Assembly (NCBI GenBank): GCA_014729505.1 | Contig: WJJS01000013.1 | Location: 8,457-72,456 of the forward strand | DNA length: 64,000 bases | Direction of reading: 5' to 3' | DNA from: Candidatus Woesearchaeota archaeon | Lineage (GTDB): Archaea > Nanobdellota > Nanobdellia > Woesearchaeales > ARS49 | Shown: positions 46,648-56,371 of the stretch, piece after piece | Position numbering within the stretch: the stretch's first letter is position 1 | Layout of the letters: each line of letters starts with the position of its first letter | The notes under the pieces: generated by a model | The model's database searches: none | Told to the model about the DNA's origin: nothing | The model's input: the letters and a program-made list of their open reading frames with translations, nothing else | Position numbers and translations under genes: made by a program

Positions 46648-49614
46648 ATGGCCAGTTCTGCGTCACTCAGTCGTGAAATTGAAAAAAAGAAAGAGAAGCT
46701 TGAACATCTCAAAAAACAACTAAAAACCACGCAAGACATTATCGATCACGGTAAAGAAGTAGAAAAAAGTATCAAATACAATACTGCACTCGTCAAGGAT
46801 ATTAAAAAGAGGCAAGAACAAGTAAAAGATCTTCTGCATACAGTCAATCAAAAAAAACGAGCACTCGACGCGCAGGAACGACGCATAGACAAAAAACAGA
46901 CAACACTCAAACGACAACAATCGCGCTATGAAACCATCGCAGAACAACATTCTGAAGAACACGAACAACTCGTAGCCAAACGAAAAGAACTTGCACGAGC
47001 ACAAAAAGATGCTCAAAAAGCCCGACGCGCACTAGCCGAACAACGGGAAGTCGCCTCAGCAATACGCAAAGAACGAGAAGCTATACAAAAAGAACGGGAA
47101 AAAATCGCACAAGAAAGAAAAGTCATCTCGCAAACAAAAAAAGACATTCTCAAACTGCAAAAAAACCTCGCCAAACAAAGCGATCAAGCAGAAAAAAAGC
47201 TCACCGCCCTTGAAGCCAAAAAAACAGAACTGGCAGAACAAGTTGAAGAGCACAAAACATTACAACAGCACGCGCGCGACGTAGAACTCAAACTACTGGC
47301 ACTCAATCAACGAGAAAAAGAACAACAACAACGACTTGAAAAGATGCAACGAGAACGACGAAAACTCCAGGAATTACATAAAAAAGTCAAATCATTTCCT
47401 CGCCTGGAAAAACAACTACAACGGGCACGAGAGAAACTCCAACAAGAACGAGAAACCCTTTCACAAGAGAAAAAACAATGGAAAGAAGAACTGCAAGAAC
47501 AAAAAGACGCACTTGCAGCACAAGTCATAGAAATCAGGTCCCTGCAGCAACAACAACACACCGCACTTGTAGAACAACGAAAAGAGCACAAAGAAAAATT
47601 AGCACGGGCCCGAGAGAAATACAAGCAACAATACCAAGAACAACTACAGGCTCTAAAAGCAGAACGCAAACAACTACAACAAACACTGGAAAAAGAACGA
47701 GAAAAACAAAGAGTAACACATCTTGACCGCAAAAGAGAGCTTAACGAAGAAAAAGCAGCACTACAAGAAGAAATCATCGCACAACGAGAAGCACTCGAAG
47801 GCAAGTATAACGATCTTAGGCAAACACTCAAAGCACAACACACACAACTCGTCAAAGAATTAGAAAAAGAACGAGCAGCACTCCATCAAGATATTGTCGC
47901 ACAACGAGAAGCACTGCGCGCAAAAGACAGAATACTCGAACAAGAAAAAAAGGAATATGAAAAGCGCTTGGAAAAACAGCTCAAAGCCGAAGAACATGCA
48001 TTTAAGGAACGAGAAGCACAGCGACAATCACGAGAATGGGAACGCATTGTAGCAAAAAAGAAAGAATTAGATGAGCTGGCAACAACACTAAAAGAAGCCA
48101 AAAAAGCACAGAAAAAAGCACACGAACAACAACACGAATTACACAAAGAACAATGGACTCTGAAAATAGCATCAAAAGAACAACAACTCAAAGCAATACA
48201 AGCATCCATTGAAGCTGCAAAAAAACAACAAGAAAAAATAGAAGCACATCACGAAGAACTCGCAAAACAAATTCAACAAGACAGAGAACGCGTCGATGCA
48301 GAACGTGTACGACTCACCAGAGAACAAGCACAATTTGAAGAAGACAGCAGAAAAGAAAAGGAAAAACTCGATGCACGAGAAGCAGAACTCGATGCACAAG
48401 CCAAAGAAATCAAACGCATACTCTCACAAGCATCACAAGTAGAATCACAGGCACAAAAAAACAAAAAAGAGCAAGAACAACTCGCACAACAAAAAGAAGA
48501 ACTCAAAGAACTGCAAAAACAAGCAAGCTCGATTACCAAAGCACAACAATCATTAGAACAAGCACAGCAAACACTGGAAAAACAGCGAAAAGAACTCTTA
48601 ACACGAGAAGAATCACTCAAAAAAACAGAAGACAACATTAACAAAAAACTCAAAAAATTAGATGAAGAAAGCCAAACATTCCACAAACGAGAACAACAAT
48701 TTGCAAAAGAAAGAAAACTACTCAATGATCTGCGAGCAGACATCCAAGTCGAAAAACAAAAACTAGACGAGATGGACGCGGCAGTCAGAGCACAACTCAA
48801 CCTATTTACTGAACACTACAGCGAACAAGCACAGTTCATCCAAGGACATACAGAAGAATCTCGAAAAGCTCTCAAAGCAGTCAATACTCTTGTTGACTCC
48901 GATCTACTTCTCCTCAAAGAAAAAGAAAAAGAACTACACGACACAGTAACTGCTTATCAAAAATATTACAACAAAATGTCACAAGAAGAACAATCGCTAC
49001 TCGCAGCAGTACAAAAAATGGAACAACAACAAGCGAAGCTTGAAACAAAACAAGCATTTATCGCAAAACGACAAGAAACACTCGATACTCGAGCAAAAGA
49101 AATAGCAAAACAAGAAATCCAACTCAAAAAACAACAAGAATTACTCCAAGAAGAGCAAAAAGTCGTTGCACGAGCAAAAGCACTAAAGGCACAAATACCA
49201 AAATTGGAAAAACGAGAAGCACGACTCAAAAAACTTATTAAAAAAGCAAAAGCGGATCTCATGTCTGCAGCAGTAGATCCAAAAATTGAAGAACACCTCC
49301 TCAAAGAAAAAGAGAAGGAACTCAAAGAATTAGAGCAACAAGTAGATCGCAGGATCAAAGACATGGTCAAACGAGAAAAAGCAGAACATATCCATCCAGA
49401 ACTGCATAAACCTATTTTTTCCCACGGCAATATTCATGAAGAACTGGAGTACATCAAGAAACTCATTGAACGCGGCGACACTCAAGGAGCAATAGTACGC
49501 CTCTCAAAAGTAGAAGTACTTCTTGACAAAATCAAAAAATCAGATGAGAAAAGAATCCTCAGCTATGAGATAAAAGTACTCAAAAACAATCTCAAACTAG
49601 CCGAACTTGCTTGA
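46648..49614 (+). CDS. giant (988 aa) K/E/Q-rich coiled-coil protein
   Basis: Almost continuous heptad coiled coil with internal repeats (…IVAQREALEGKYNDL… / …IVAQREALRAKDRIL…); no Walker motifs; short globular C-terminus. Confidence 0.65.
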   Translation: MASSASLSREIEKKKEKLEHLKKQLKTTQDIIDHGKEVEKSIKYNTALVKDIKKRQEQVKDLLHTVNQKKRALDAQERRIDKKQTTLKRQQSRYETIAEQHSEEHEQLVAKRKELARAQKDAQKARRALAEQREVASAIRKEREAIQKEREKIAQERKVISQTKKDILKLQKNLAKQSDQAEKKLTALEAKKTELAEQVEEHKTLQQHARDVELKLLALNQREKEQQQRLEKMQRERRKLQELHKKVKSFPRLEKQLQRAREKLQQERETLSQEKKQWKEELQEQKDALAAQVIEIRSLQQQQHTALVEQRKEHKEKLARAREKYKQQYQEQLQALKAERKQLQQTLEKEREKQRVTHLDRKRELNEEKAALQEEIIAQREALEGKYNDLRQTLKAQHTQLVKELEKERAALHQDIVAQREALRAKDRILEQEKKEYEKRLEKQLKAEEHAFKEREAQRQSREWERIVAKKKELDELATTLKEAKKAQKKAHEQQHELHKEQWTLKIASKEQQLKAIQASIEAAKKQQEKIEAHHEELAKQIQQDRERVDAERVRLTREQAQFEEDSRKEKEKLDAREAELDAQAKEIKRILSQASQVESQAQKNKKEQEQLAQQKEELKELQKQASSITKAQQSLEQAQQTLEKQRKELLTREESLKKTEDNINKKLKKLDEESQTFHKREQQFAKERKLLNDLRADIQVEKQKLDEMDAAVRAQLNLFTEHYSEQAQFIQGHTEESRKALKAVNTLVDSDLLLLKEKEKELHDTVTAYQKYYNKMSQEEQSLLAAVQKMEQQQAKLETKQAFIAKRQETLDTRAKEIAKQEIQLKKQQELLQEEQKVVARAKALKAQIPKLEKREARLKKLIKKAKADLMSAAVDPKIEEHLLKEKEKELKELEQQVDRRIKDMVKREKAEHIHPELHKPIFSHGNIHEELEYIKKLIERGDTQGAIVRLSKVEVLLDKIKKSDEKRILSYEIKVLKNNLKLAELA

Positions 49615-50682
49615 AATCATTTCTCCCTCTATTGTAAACCTCGAAGACAAGAATTTCTCGCACACATAAATATTCGTTCTCGTATGCGAAGTCACGTTTT
49701 GAACAAGAATAGTGCTAGGACAAAGCAAGGCCATCAAAGGAATAAGGTTGTCAGCCGCATGAGCATCAACCGCAGCACCAGAGTCCATTGCAGCAACCAA
49801 CTCGCGAGCGGCCCGAAGTCCCACCTCATGAGCAGGAACATTCAGCTCGCCCAGGCGATCAGCGCCAAGCACGACTTGAGGCATCACATCATCGGCATGA
49901 CTGTAGCGCGCCCATAACGTAATACCCGTTCCCGTACTCAACGTATCAGCGTATTCAACACGGATCCTCGTCAAAGCTCTTGGCGCAAGAACTTGTTTTG
50001 CACCCTGCGCAATGCGTTCTGCAACATGACGGGAAGCAAGATCAGAAGATGCATGAGCAAGACCCTGAATCATCTGCAACGTGCCCTGCTCTTTTCTCGT
50101 AAAATTCAAACCACTCGTACGAACATCCTCCCAAAACGCTTCAAAACTGTCATAGTCATTTACAGAAAAACGAGGCCTTACCTTCACTTCAATTTCTCCA
50201 CCACCCTTTGGAAAATAACCCCTGCGCAGAACAGCAACTTCAACCTCACGAGCCAAGGGTCGAAGAAAAGGAAGAAACACATGCTGCAAATATTCAACAG
50301 GCATGGACCACCATGTATTCGTACCACCTCTCACACGCACACGCACCAGTTTATCACCAAAAAGAAGAGGAAGCCATAAGGATTGCAGTAACAAAGTAAC
50401 AGAACCGGCTGTACCAATATCAATTTTCACACTCTTAGACTGCAGTTTTCCAGGAATATACTCCACTTCAAAAGATCCAAGATCACCTCCAGTCACTTCA
50501 GCATTACACAATTTTTCAAGCGCTTTAATAGCATGCACATGCTGCGCTTTAAGACCAGAATTTTTTCGACCCTTACGAATATTGCGAATACGAAAGGCCT
50601 TCCCAGTAATCGTTGATAAGGCAAGAGCGGTACGCACAATCTGGCCACCACCCTCAAGATAACTGCCGTCAATATCAATCAT
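49597..50682 (-). CDS. rtcA: RNA 3'-terminal phosphate cyclase
   Basis: MIDIDGSYLEGGGQIVRTALALSTITGKAFRIRNIR... matches RtcA. Confidence 0.9.
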   Translation of the reverse strand: MIDIDGSYLEGGGQIVRTALALSTITGKAFRIRNIRKGRKNSGLKAQHVHAIKALEKLCNAEVTGGDLGSFEVEYIPGKLQSKSVKIDIGTAGSVTLLLQSLWLPLLFGDKLVRVRVRGGTNTWWSMPVEYLQHVFLPFLRPLAREVEVAVLRRGYFPKGGGEIEVKVRPRFSVNDYDSFEAFWEDVRTSGLNFTRKEQGTLQMIQGLAHASSDLASRHVAERIAQGAKQVLAPRALTRIRVEYADTLSTGTGITLWARYSHADDVMPQVVLGADRLGELNVPAHEVGLRAARELVAAMDSGAAVDAHAADNLIPLMALLCPSTILVQNVTSHTRTNIYVCEKFLSSRFTIEGEMISSKFG

Positions 50683-50707
50683 AAAAAGAGAAAAAGAAAA
50701 GAGTTTA

Positions 50708-50977
50708 TTATGTTAGGGTAAGATCGCCGAGATCCTCATCGAGACTAGACTCAAGACTTTCAAGATCCTCAAGATCAAGATCATCAACGATATCAGTAAC
50801 ATCATCAGCGACAGCTTCACTCTTAGAAGCAGCAGTATCAGCAGACGTATCAGTGTCTCCCTGATCAGTGTCCATCCCATCATCCGGTGCGGTACCATCA
50901 GTAGGAGTGTCAACGTCGCCCTTACAAGCCACAAAGATGATCAGCAGCACTGTTACAACAAGCAGCAACTTTTTCAT
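50708..50977 (-). CDS. small acidic lipoprotein
   Basis: Start at MKKLLLVV; lipobox IFVACKG; D/T/E-rich low-complexity body. Confidence 0.4.
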   Translation of the reverse strand: MKKLLLVVTVLLIIFVACKGDVDTPTDGTAPDDGMDTDQGDTDTSADTAASKSEAVADDVTDIVDDLDLEDLESLESSLDEDLGDLTLT

Positions 50978-51020
50978 ATGTATCACCAAAAAGGAAAAAA
51001 GAGTAAGGTACATTTAAACC

Positions 51021-52040
51021 TTACGCCGCATTTCCTCCATTACCAGTGCTGTTATTGCCACTTGCGCTATTGTCATCATCGTCGCTTTCATCCTGATCAT
51101 CAAGATCATCACTGTCAGAGTCATCAACATCATCAGCTTCTACTTCATCCTGTGCCTTTCGCAATAAACCTCGAGCTTCTTGACTTTGTTCTCGCAATTG
51201 TTCGCGAATCTCTCTGACTTCACCAGCGGCTTCACGAATACGATTCTTGACTTGCTGCAATTGTTGCGCTGCATTTTTCATATCACCAGCATCAATATAT
51301 CCGTTCATCACATCAATAGCGTCCTCAACCTCAACAACAGCCTCATCAAAATCGGTACGATCAATATCGCTTACATTAAGCCCTGCCGTTCTTGCACGTT
51401 GCATAAATTTGTCCAACGTAGCTTCGAGCTTTTCAAGATTCTTCAAGGCGCCACCATATCGTTCACGGGCAACCTTTGCAACAGTACTTCGAGCCTCTTC
51501 TTTTCCCTTAGACCAGGCTTCACGAAGTGTTTGAGTAGCTTCTTGAAATTCTTCTCGAGTACTCTCGTCATCAAGAGACTCAATCAATACTCGCGCAGCC
51601 TCCACTTCTGCTAATCGCTCATCAAGATCTGCGAGCTGTTCTTCCTTATTCTTAGCAGATGACGCTTCAAGTCGCTCCTGAGCCTTTGCCAAAATATTTA
51701 ACATACGATCAGCAGCGGAAAGTAAAAATTCCCGAGCATTATCTTTAGCATTCAAACGAAGCTGCTGACATTCCTGAGTCTCAGCATCCCCACATTCTTT
51801 TACTTGTTCAAGACGTTGCTTAGCTGTTTCGTGACGCTCTTTTGCCTGTTCACGAATATTTTTTACACGTTCCTTTACCTGATCCAAACGATTCTTTGCT
51901 ACTTCAAGACGATTCTTTGCCGCCTCCATACGATCTTCAGCGTTTCTTCCACGATCCTCGGGTTGCGAAGCAACCAAGGGCATCATACTCAATAGGAAAA
52001 CACCCAAGACCACCAAAGCCATAATTTTCTTCATCATCAA
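51021..52040 (-). CDS. secreted coiled-coil protein with poly-acidic C-terminus
   Basis: Signal peptide (MMMKKIMALVVLGVFLLSMMPLVAS); coiled-coil core; C-terminal DDVDDSDSDDLDDQDESDDDDN. Confidence 0.5.
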   Translation of the reverse strand: MMMKKIMALVVLGVFLLSMMPLVASQPEDRGRNAEDRMEAAKNRLEVAKNRLDQVKERVKNIREQAKERHETAKQRLEQVKECGDAETQECQQLRLNAKDNAREFLLSAADRMLNILAKAQERLEASSAKNKEEQLADLDERLAEVEAARVLIESLDDESTREEFQEATQTLREAWSKGKEEARSTVAKVARERYGGALKNLEKLEATLDKFMQRARTAGLNVSDIDRTDFDEAVVEVEDAIDVMNGYIDAGDMKNAAQQLQQVKNRIREAAGEVREIREQLREQSQEARGLLRKAQDEVEADDVDDSDSDDLDDQDESDDDDNSASGNNSTGNGGNAA

Positions 52041-52173
52041 TCCTCCAGAGCCATGCTCTAGGCTCTAGGGGGCAAAAGTTCCTTATAAATACACTTGCCT
52101 AAAGCTTTAGAAAAGCTTTACGAGCGATGAAGAACGAGCAATCTTTATAAGTAAAATACGAGTACGCACACAC

Positions 52174-52845
52174 ATGAACTGGGCTATCATCATCGCAGTG
52201 CTGCTCACCAGTCAAGCAGCGCTTGCAGCAACACTGCACGGCACGGTGTATGATCTCTCACTACAAGAAGTTGACAATGCGATCATAGAACTCAGCTCAG
52301 CACAAAGCAAGCAACAATTGGTCGCACGTAACGGAACATACTCTTTTGAAGTCACACCAGGAACATACAAACTGGTCGCCCGAACTGAACAACTCGCAGT
52401 AATCGAAGACGTACAAATACCACACGAAGGAACATACATCGTTGACCTTATCCTTGTTGACACGTTTGAAGATCTCGAACAACTACTCTTAGATCTTGAA
52501 GACACCAGCGCAGAAGAACCATATGTTGAAGAGACAACAACGTACACTGCATGGTATGTTGTCGTGGTGGTCGCCGTTCTCGCGCTGATGGGAGCGTGGT
52601 TAGTCATACGTCACAGGAAAAAACGAGAACACTCAGAATTCGATCAACAAGTGGATGACGAACTACTGCAAAACATTATCTCCTTTCTACAAAGTCAACA
52701 AGGACGCACAACACAAAAAGAAATACGAAAACAATTCTCCTACTCTGAAGCAAAAATCTCTTTAGCACTCAGCCAACTTGAACACGAAGGACGCATAAAA
52801 AAACTCAAGAAAGGGCGAGGCAATATCATCATCTTACATGGATAA
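52174..52845 (+). CDS. membrane-anchored winged-HTH protein with extracellular carboxypeptidase-regulatory-like beta domain
   Basis: Signal peptide; beta-sandwich-like segment (GTVYD...GTYSFEVTPGTYKLVA); one TM (WYVVVVVAVLALMGAWLVI); cytoplasmic wHTH (QKEIRKQFSYSEAKISLALSQLEHEGRIKK). Confidence 0.55.
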   Translation: MNWAIIIAVLLTSQAALAATLHGTVYDLSLQEVDNAIIELSSAQSKQQLVARNGTYSFEVTPGTYKLVARTEQLAVIEDVQIPHEGTYIVDLILVDTFEDLEQLLLDLEDTSAEEPYVEETTTYTAWYVVVVVAVLALMGAWLVIRHRKKREHSEFDQQVDDELLQNIISFLQSQQGRTTQKEIRKQFSYSEAKISLALSQLEHEGRIKKLKKGRGNIIILHG

Positions 52846-53941
52846 ACTTCTCATAGCAGGCATTGATCCGGGCACCACAACAGGCTACGCATTTCTCGAT
52901 CACCACGGATCGCCCATCCACATCGGTTCAGCAAAAGGATTGGGACATGACGAAGTCGTTCGCATCTGCCGCGAACAAGGCCACGTGCTTATCATCGGCA
53001 CAGACAAAGCAAAAACTCCAGACCTCATCTCCTCGCTTGGCACCACAATAGGCGCTATTGTCATCACACCATCACAAGACCTCCTCTCAAAAGACAAAAT
53101 AAAAGAACAAGGAAAAAACCATCACGAACGCGACGCTCTTAGCGCAGCACGCTTTGCATACAAAAAACAACAAACACTGCTTAAAAGAATAAAGCGCTTT
53201 GCAGACAACAAACAGATCTCCTTTGTCCCGCTTGCGCGCATAGTCTTACAACGACAACTCAGCATAGTCCACGCATATGACCTGCTCAACACAAAAGAAT
53301 CGCATAACACCATTACCAAAACGCCATCAAGAGACTTTGCAAGCGAGATACAACGACTGAGCAAAAGAATAATTGCACTTAAAGAAGAACTTTTCCGAAA
53401 AAAACAATGCTATCAGCAACAACAAAAAAAAGTACAGCAACTGCAACAACAACTACGCGAAAAAAAGAAACAACCATCTCCGCGAATACCATATAGCGAA
53501 AAACACGCAAGAATCATTGCAGAACTCTACAAAAAACTGCGAGAAAAGGACAGATATCTTACCCAAGAAAAGAAAAAACACGCAGATCTACAGATTTTTT
53601 TACAACAAGACACAAAAAAACTGTTTGTACAACACCTGCACACCCTGGCAAAAAAAGTTAAACGTACCAGCAAACACCTCTATATTGATAATCCGGAAGC
53701 ATACAGCACAGCATTTCTCAATACACTATGCGACGTGCACCTCTATTTTTCCCAAACACCAGGAGAACAGATCTGCAAAGAATTGGCACGGAGAAGCATA
53801 CCATATACCTGTCCAGTCACACTCCATAATATCCAAAATATACCTTACCTATTCACAACAGAGATCACACAAGCGCAACAATCAAAACAACACCTCTCAC
53901 ACCTCATAAAAACGTACCAACAACGATTCAAAGAACAGTAA
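52838..53941 (+). CDS. DUF460/COG2433-like protein: N-terminal RNase H-fold (RuvC/YqgF-like) domain plus coiled coil
   Basis: LIAGIDPGTTTGYAFLDHHGSPIHIG...VLIIGTDKAKTPDLI matches the DUF460 N-terminus; Q/K-rich coiled coil follows. Confidence 0.6.
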   Translation: MDKLLIAGIDPGTTTGYAFLDHHGSPIHIGSAKGLGHDEVVRICREQGHVLIIGTDKAKTPDLISSLGTTIGAIVITPSQDLLSKDKIKEQGKNHHERDALSAARFAYKKQQTLLKRIKRFADNKQISFVPLARIVLQRQLSIVHAYDLLNTKESHNTITKTPSRDFASEIQRLSKRIIALKEELFRKKQCYQQQQKKVQQLQQQLREKKKQPSPRIPYSEKHARIIAELYKKLREKDRYLTQEKKKHADLQIFLQQDTKKLFVQHLHTLAKKVKRTSKHLYIDNPEAYSTAFLNTLCDVHLYFSQTPGEQICKELARRSIPYTCPVTLHNIQNIPYLFTTEITQAQQSKQHLSHLIKTYQQRFKEQ

Positions 53942-54416
53942 TCTGCTCGGGGTTAACCCATTCTTTCTTGTGCGACTTCACATGTTTTACTTGCACCTTG
54001 TTGCGCAATTGTTCGACCACATACTCCTCGCCACCGACAAGCACAAGATCGCCCTGCTTAAAATCATACAAACGAAAAAGTATCGTAATACGATACAATT
54101 TATTACCCATCTTATCCTGCGTATGCAAAGTGGAAGTAAGTTTATACTCCCCCCAAAACTTTTTCTTGATCTTTTTTCCAAGAATCTGCAAATATTTCTG
54201 CGACGAAATATAATAATCAAGACCGCCCTTGACTTCCTTAATTTTGGTAATCACCGCCCTCTCATCGTCTTGGACAGTAGTAAGTACAAACTCTACCAAC
54301 TCTTCAGAAGGATTGCGCAACTGCAAAATGCCCTCGTAATAATTAGCGTGAGGAATATCAACCATGAAAGTATAAAATAAACCGCGCTTATAAGATTGTC
54401 TACTATCAAGCAGCAA
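53928..54416 (-). CDS. hypothetical protein
   Basis: 162-aa ORF, start possibly at MVDIPHANYY; no confident motif. Confidence 0.4.
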   Translation of the reverse strand: MLLDSRQSYKRGLFYTFMVDIPHANYYEGILQLRNPSEELVEFVLTTVQDDERAVITKIKEVKGGLDYYISSQKYLQILGKKIKKKFWGEYKLTSTLHTQDKMGNKLYRITILFRLYDFKQGDLVLVGGEEYVVEQLRNKVQVKHVKSHKKEWVNPEQITVL

Positions 54417-54481
54417 TAACCACTATTGACGTGAAACAAAGAACCATCACGTTTAAAAAGGAGTCCTTATTGCTCCACCGT

Positions 54482-55078
54482 ATGAGTTTTGCAAAGCAAT
54501 TAAAGCGATTTTGGCGATACGTGTGGTACGGAGACAGTCTCGGCAGCCTCGCACTTAATCTCATCCTTGCATTTATTATTATACGATTTCTCCTGTATCC
54601 CTTTCTCGGACTGATACTGGGAACGGGTTTTCCCATCGTTGCAGTCGTCTCGGGAAGCATGGAACATGACGGAACATTCGACCAGTGGTGGACCTCCAGT
54701 TGCAGTTCGTCACCACAAGCATCCTTTTATGACCAGTACGGCATAACAAAAGAAACATTCCTCGACTATCGTTTTGCACACGGATTCAACAAAGGAGACA
54801 TCATGGTCCTTGCAGGAGCAGAGAACGTAGAGATCGGCGAAGTCATAGTGTTCATGAGTCCACGACGAAGCGAACCCATCATCCACCGGCTCATCGATAA
54901 CACGAACGGCACGTATCGTACAAAAGGAGACCATAATTGCGCGGTGGCAGCTTTTGAACAAAGCATACAACCAGAACAAGTCGTTGGTAAAGCATTATTC
55001 CGCATACCATGGGTGGGCTACATCAAAATTATCTTTGTCGAATTATTAGCACTCGTCGGCATTGGAGGGGGCATATGA
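54482..55078 (+). CDS. archaeal signal peptidase I (S26B/Sec11-like)
   Basis: Catalytic Ser box VAVVSGSMEHDG; N-terminal TM. Start at MSFAKQLKRFW; the ORF opens at 54431. Confidence 0.8.
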   Translation: MSFAKQLKRFWRYVWYGDSLGSLALNLILAFIIIRFLLYPFLGLILGTGFPIVAVVSGSMEHDGTFDQWWTSSCSSSPQASFYDQYGITKETFLDYRFAHGFNKGDIMVLAGAENVEIGEVIVFMSPRRSEPIIHRLIDNTNGTYRTKGDHNCAVAAFEQSIQPEQVVGKALFRIPWVGYIKIIFVELLALVGIGGGI

Positions 55079-55383
55079 TCTTTTGCAAAAAGTGCGGATC
55101 AATGATGATGCCAAAACAAGAAAAAAAAAGAAAAATCTTCATCTGTCAATGCGGAGAAACCGTTGAAGATGCAACAGTCACTTTCACTGAAGAAGGAAAC
55201 AAAGAGATAGAAAATGTGGAAGTAGCAGACGAACCAAACGTTAACCCACTCATCGATGCCGTTTGTCCAAAATGCAAACACGGCAGAGCACATTATTGGA
55301 CCATACAAATGAGAGGAGCAGATGAGCCGGAATCACGATTCTTCAAATGCGAAAAATGCGGTCACACGTGGCGCGAGAAATAA
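55075..55383 (+). CDS. tfs: transcription factor S / RNAP subunit M
   Basis: N-terminal zinc ribbon (FCKKCGSMMMP...CQCGE) and C-terminal TFIIS-type ribbon (CPKCKHGRAHYWTIQMRGADEPESRFFKCEKCGHTW). GGAGGGG SD upstream. Confidence 0.85.
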   Translation: MIFCKKCGSMMMPKQEKKRKIFICQCGETVEDATVTFTEEGNKEIENVEVADEPNVNPLIDAVCPKCKHGRAHYWTIQMRGADEPESRFFKCEKCGHTWREK

Positions 55384-55622
55384 GCCTAAACGAATATGTC
55401 AAGAACGGACAGCTGCACGTCATTATCAAGGCGGGAGCTGCAAAAACAGAAATTCTCGGATACGACCATGAACGGGAAGCCGTACACATCTCCATTGCAG
55501 CACCAGCCAAAGACAATAAAGCAAATCTTGCCCTCGTCAAATTTGTAGCGAAACACACAAAGAAGAAAGTGCGCATACTAAGAGGACATCGCTCACGCGA
55601 AAAAATTCTAGAGCTCACGTAA
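55347..55622 (+). CDS. DUF167/UPF0235 (YggU-like) protein
   Basis: LHVIIKAGAAKTEILGYDHEREAVHISIAAPAKDNKANLALVKFVAKH...VRILRGHRSREKIL matches DUF167. The start is uncertain because the ORF overlaps the tfs 3' end. Confidence 0.65.
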   Translation: MRKMRSHVAREISLNEYVKNGQLHVIIKAGAAKTEILGYDHEREAVHISIAAPAKDNKANLALVKFVAKHTKKKVRILRGHRSREKILELT

Positions 55623-55903
55623 ACTTTGTGGACGGACCTGCACAAGAACTAATAAGCAAAAGCATACTTATACTAGTATGTCGCTCGTGACATTGATCAT
55701 CATACACCGACAACACATCTTTGTGATGCAAAGCCATTACCGAGTGATCGAAGACCTCATAGACCAGGGTCCAGAACAACTCCGCATAGTACGCAGCAAA
55801 GGTACGTTAGAAAAAGACGCAGGATACATCATCTACGATGCGAACGAATCACTCATCATAAATGGACAACACGCTTTTCCCGTGGTCAAGCAAGGATTCA
55901 CCA

Positions 55904-56371
55904 TCATTCACGCGCTGTAGCATCCCTGTAAAAAATATTTTCACGAATATTATCAAGGATCTTCCTGCTGGCAAAGAAAAGAGGAGTAGGCAAGGCATCA
56001 AGAGAGAACCAACGCCACTGCGTTATTTCGTCCGGCTCACAAACATGAGGTTCGCCGATAAAACTCTCACACATCATTCCTATAGTCACAAAATGCGCTC
56101 CCTCAACCCTATCATTATTAATGCACATGATCCGGACCTTTTTTACTTGTATCCCTGTTTCTTCGCGCACTTCACGAATCGCTCCTTCTTCAAACGATTC
56201 ACCAAATTCCAATTTGCCACCAGGCATAGTCCAGGTTCCTTCACCCCGCAATTCACTCGAAGCCTTCTTGGGATCATCATGACGCTTACCAAGAAGAATC
56301 AAGTTACCTTTACGGATAAGCACGCCAAAACCCACTCCGACTCTTTTCTTTTCACCCATTGTTAAACGCAT
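55904..56371 (-). CDS. NUDIX hydrolase
   Basis: Nudix box GGKLEFGESFEEGAIREVREETGIQ. Confidence 0.85.
   Translation of the reverse strand: MRLTMGEKKRVGVGFGVLIRKGNLILLGKRHDDPKKASSELRGEGTWTMPGGKLEFGESFEEGAIREVREETGIQVKKVRIMCINNDRVEGAHFVTIGMMCESFIGEPHVCEPDEITQWRWFSLDALPTPLFFASRKILDNIRENIFYRDATARE

Noticed and set aside
47307-48800. Cys/Ser-rich minus-strand ORFs (182 aa, 175 aa) inside the giant coiled-coil gene
   Set aside because: Antisense artefacts of the GAA/AAG-rich coding strand.
55678-55920. 80-aa plus-strand ORF downstream of the DUF167 gene
   Set aside because: No recognisable motif; plausible but unsupported, and the 3' end overlaps the NUDIX gene.
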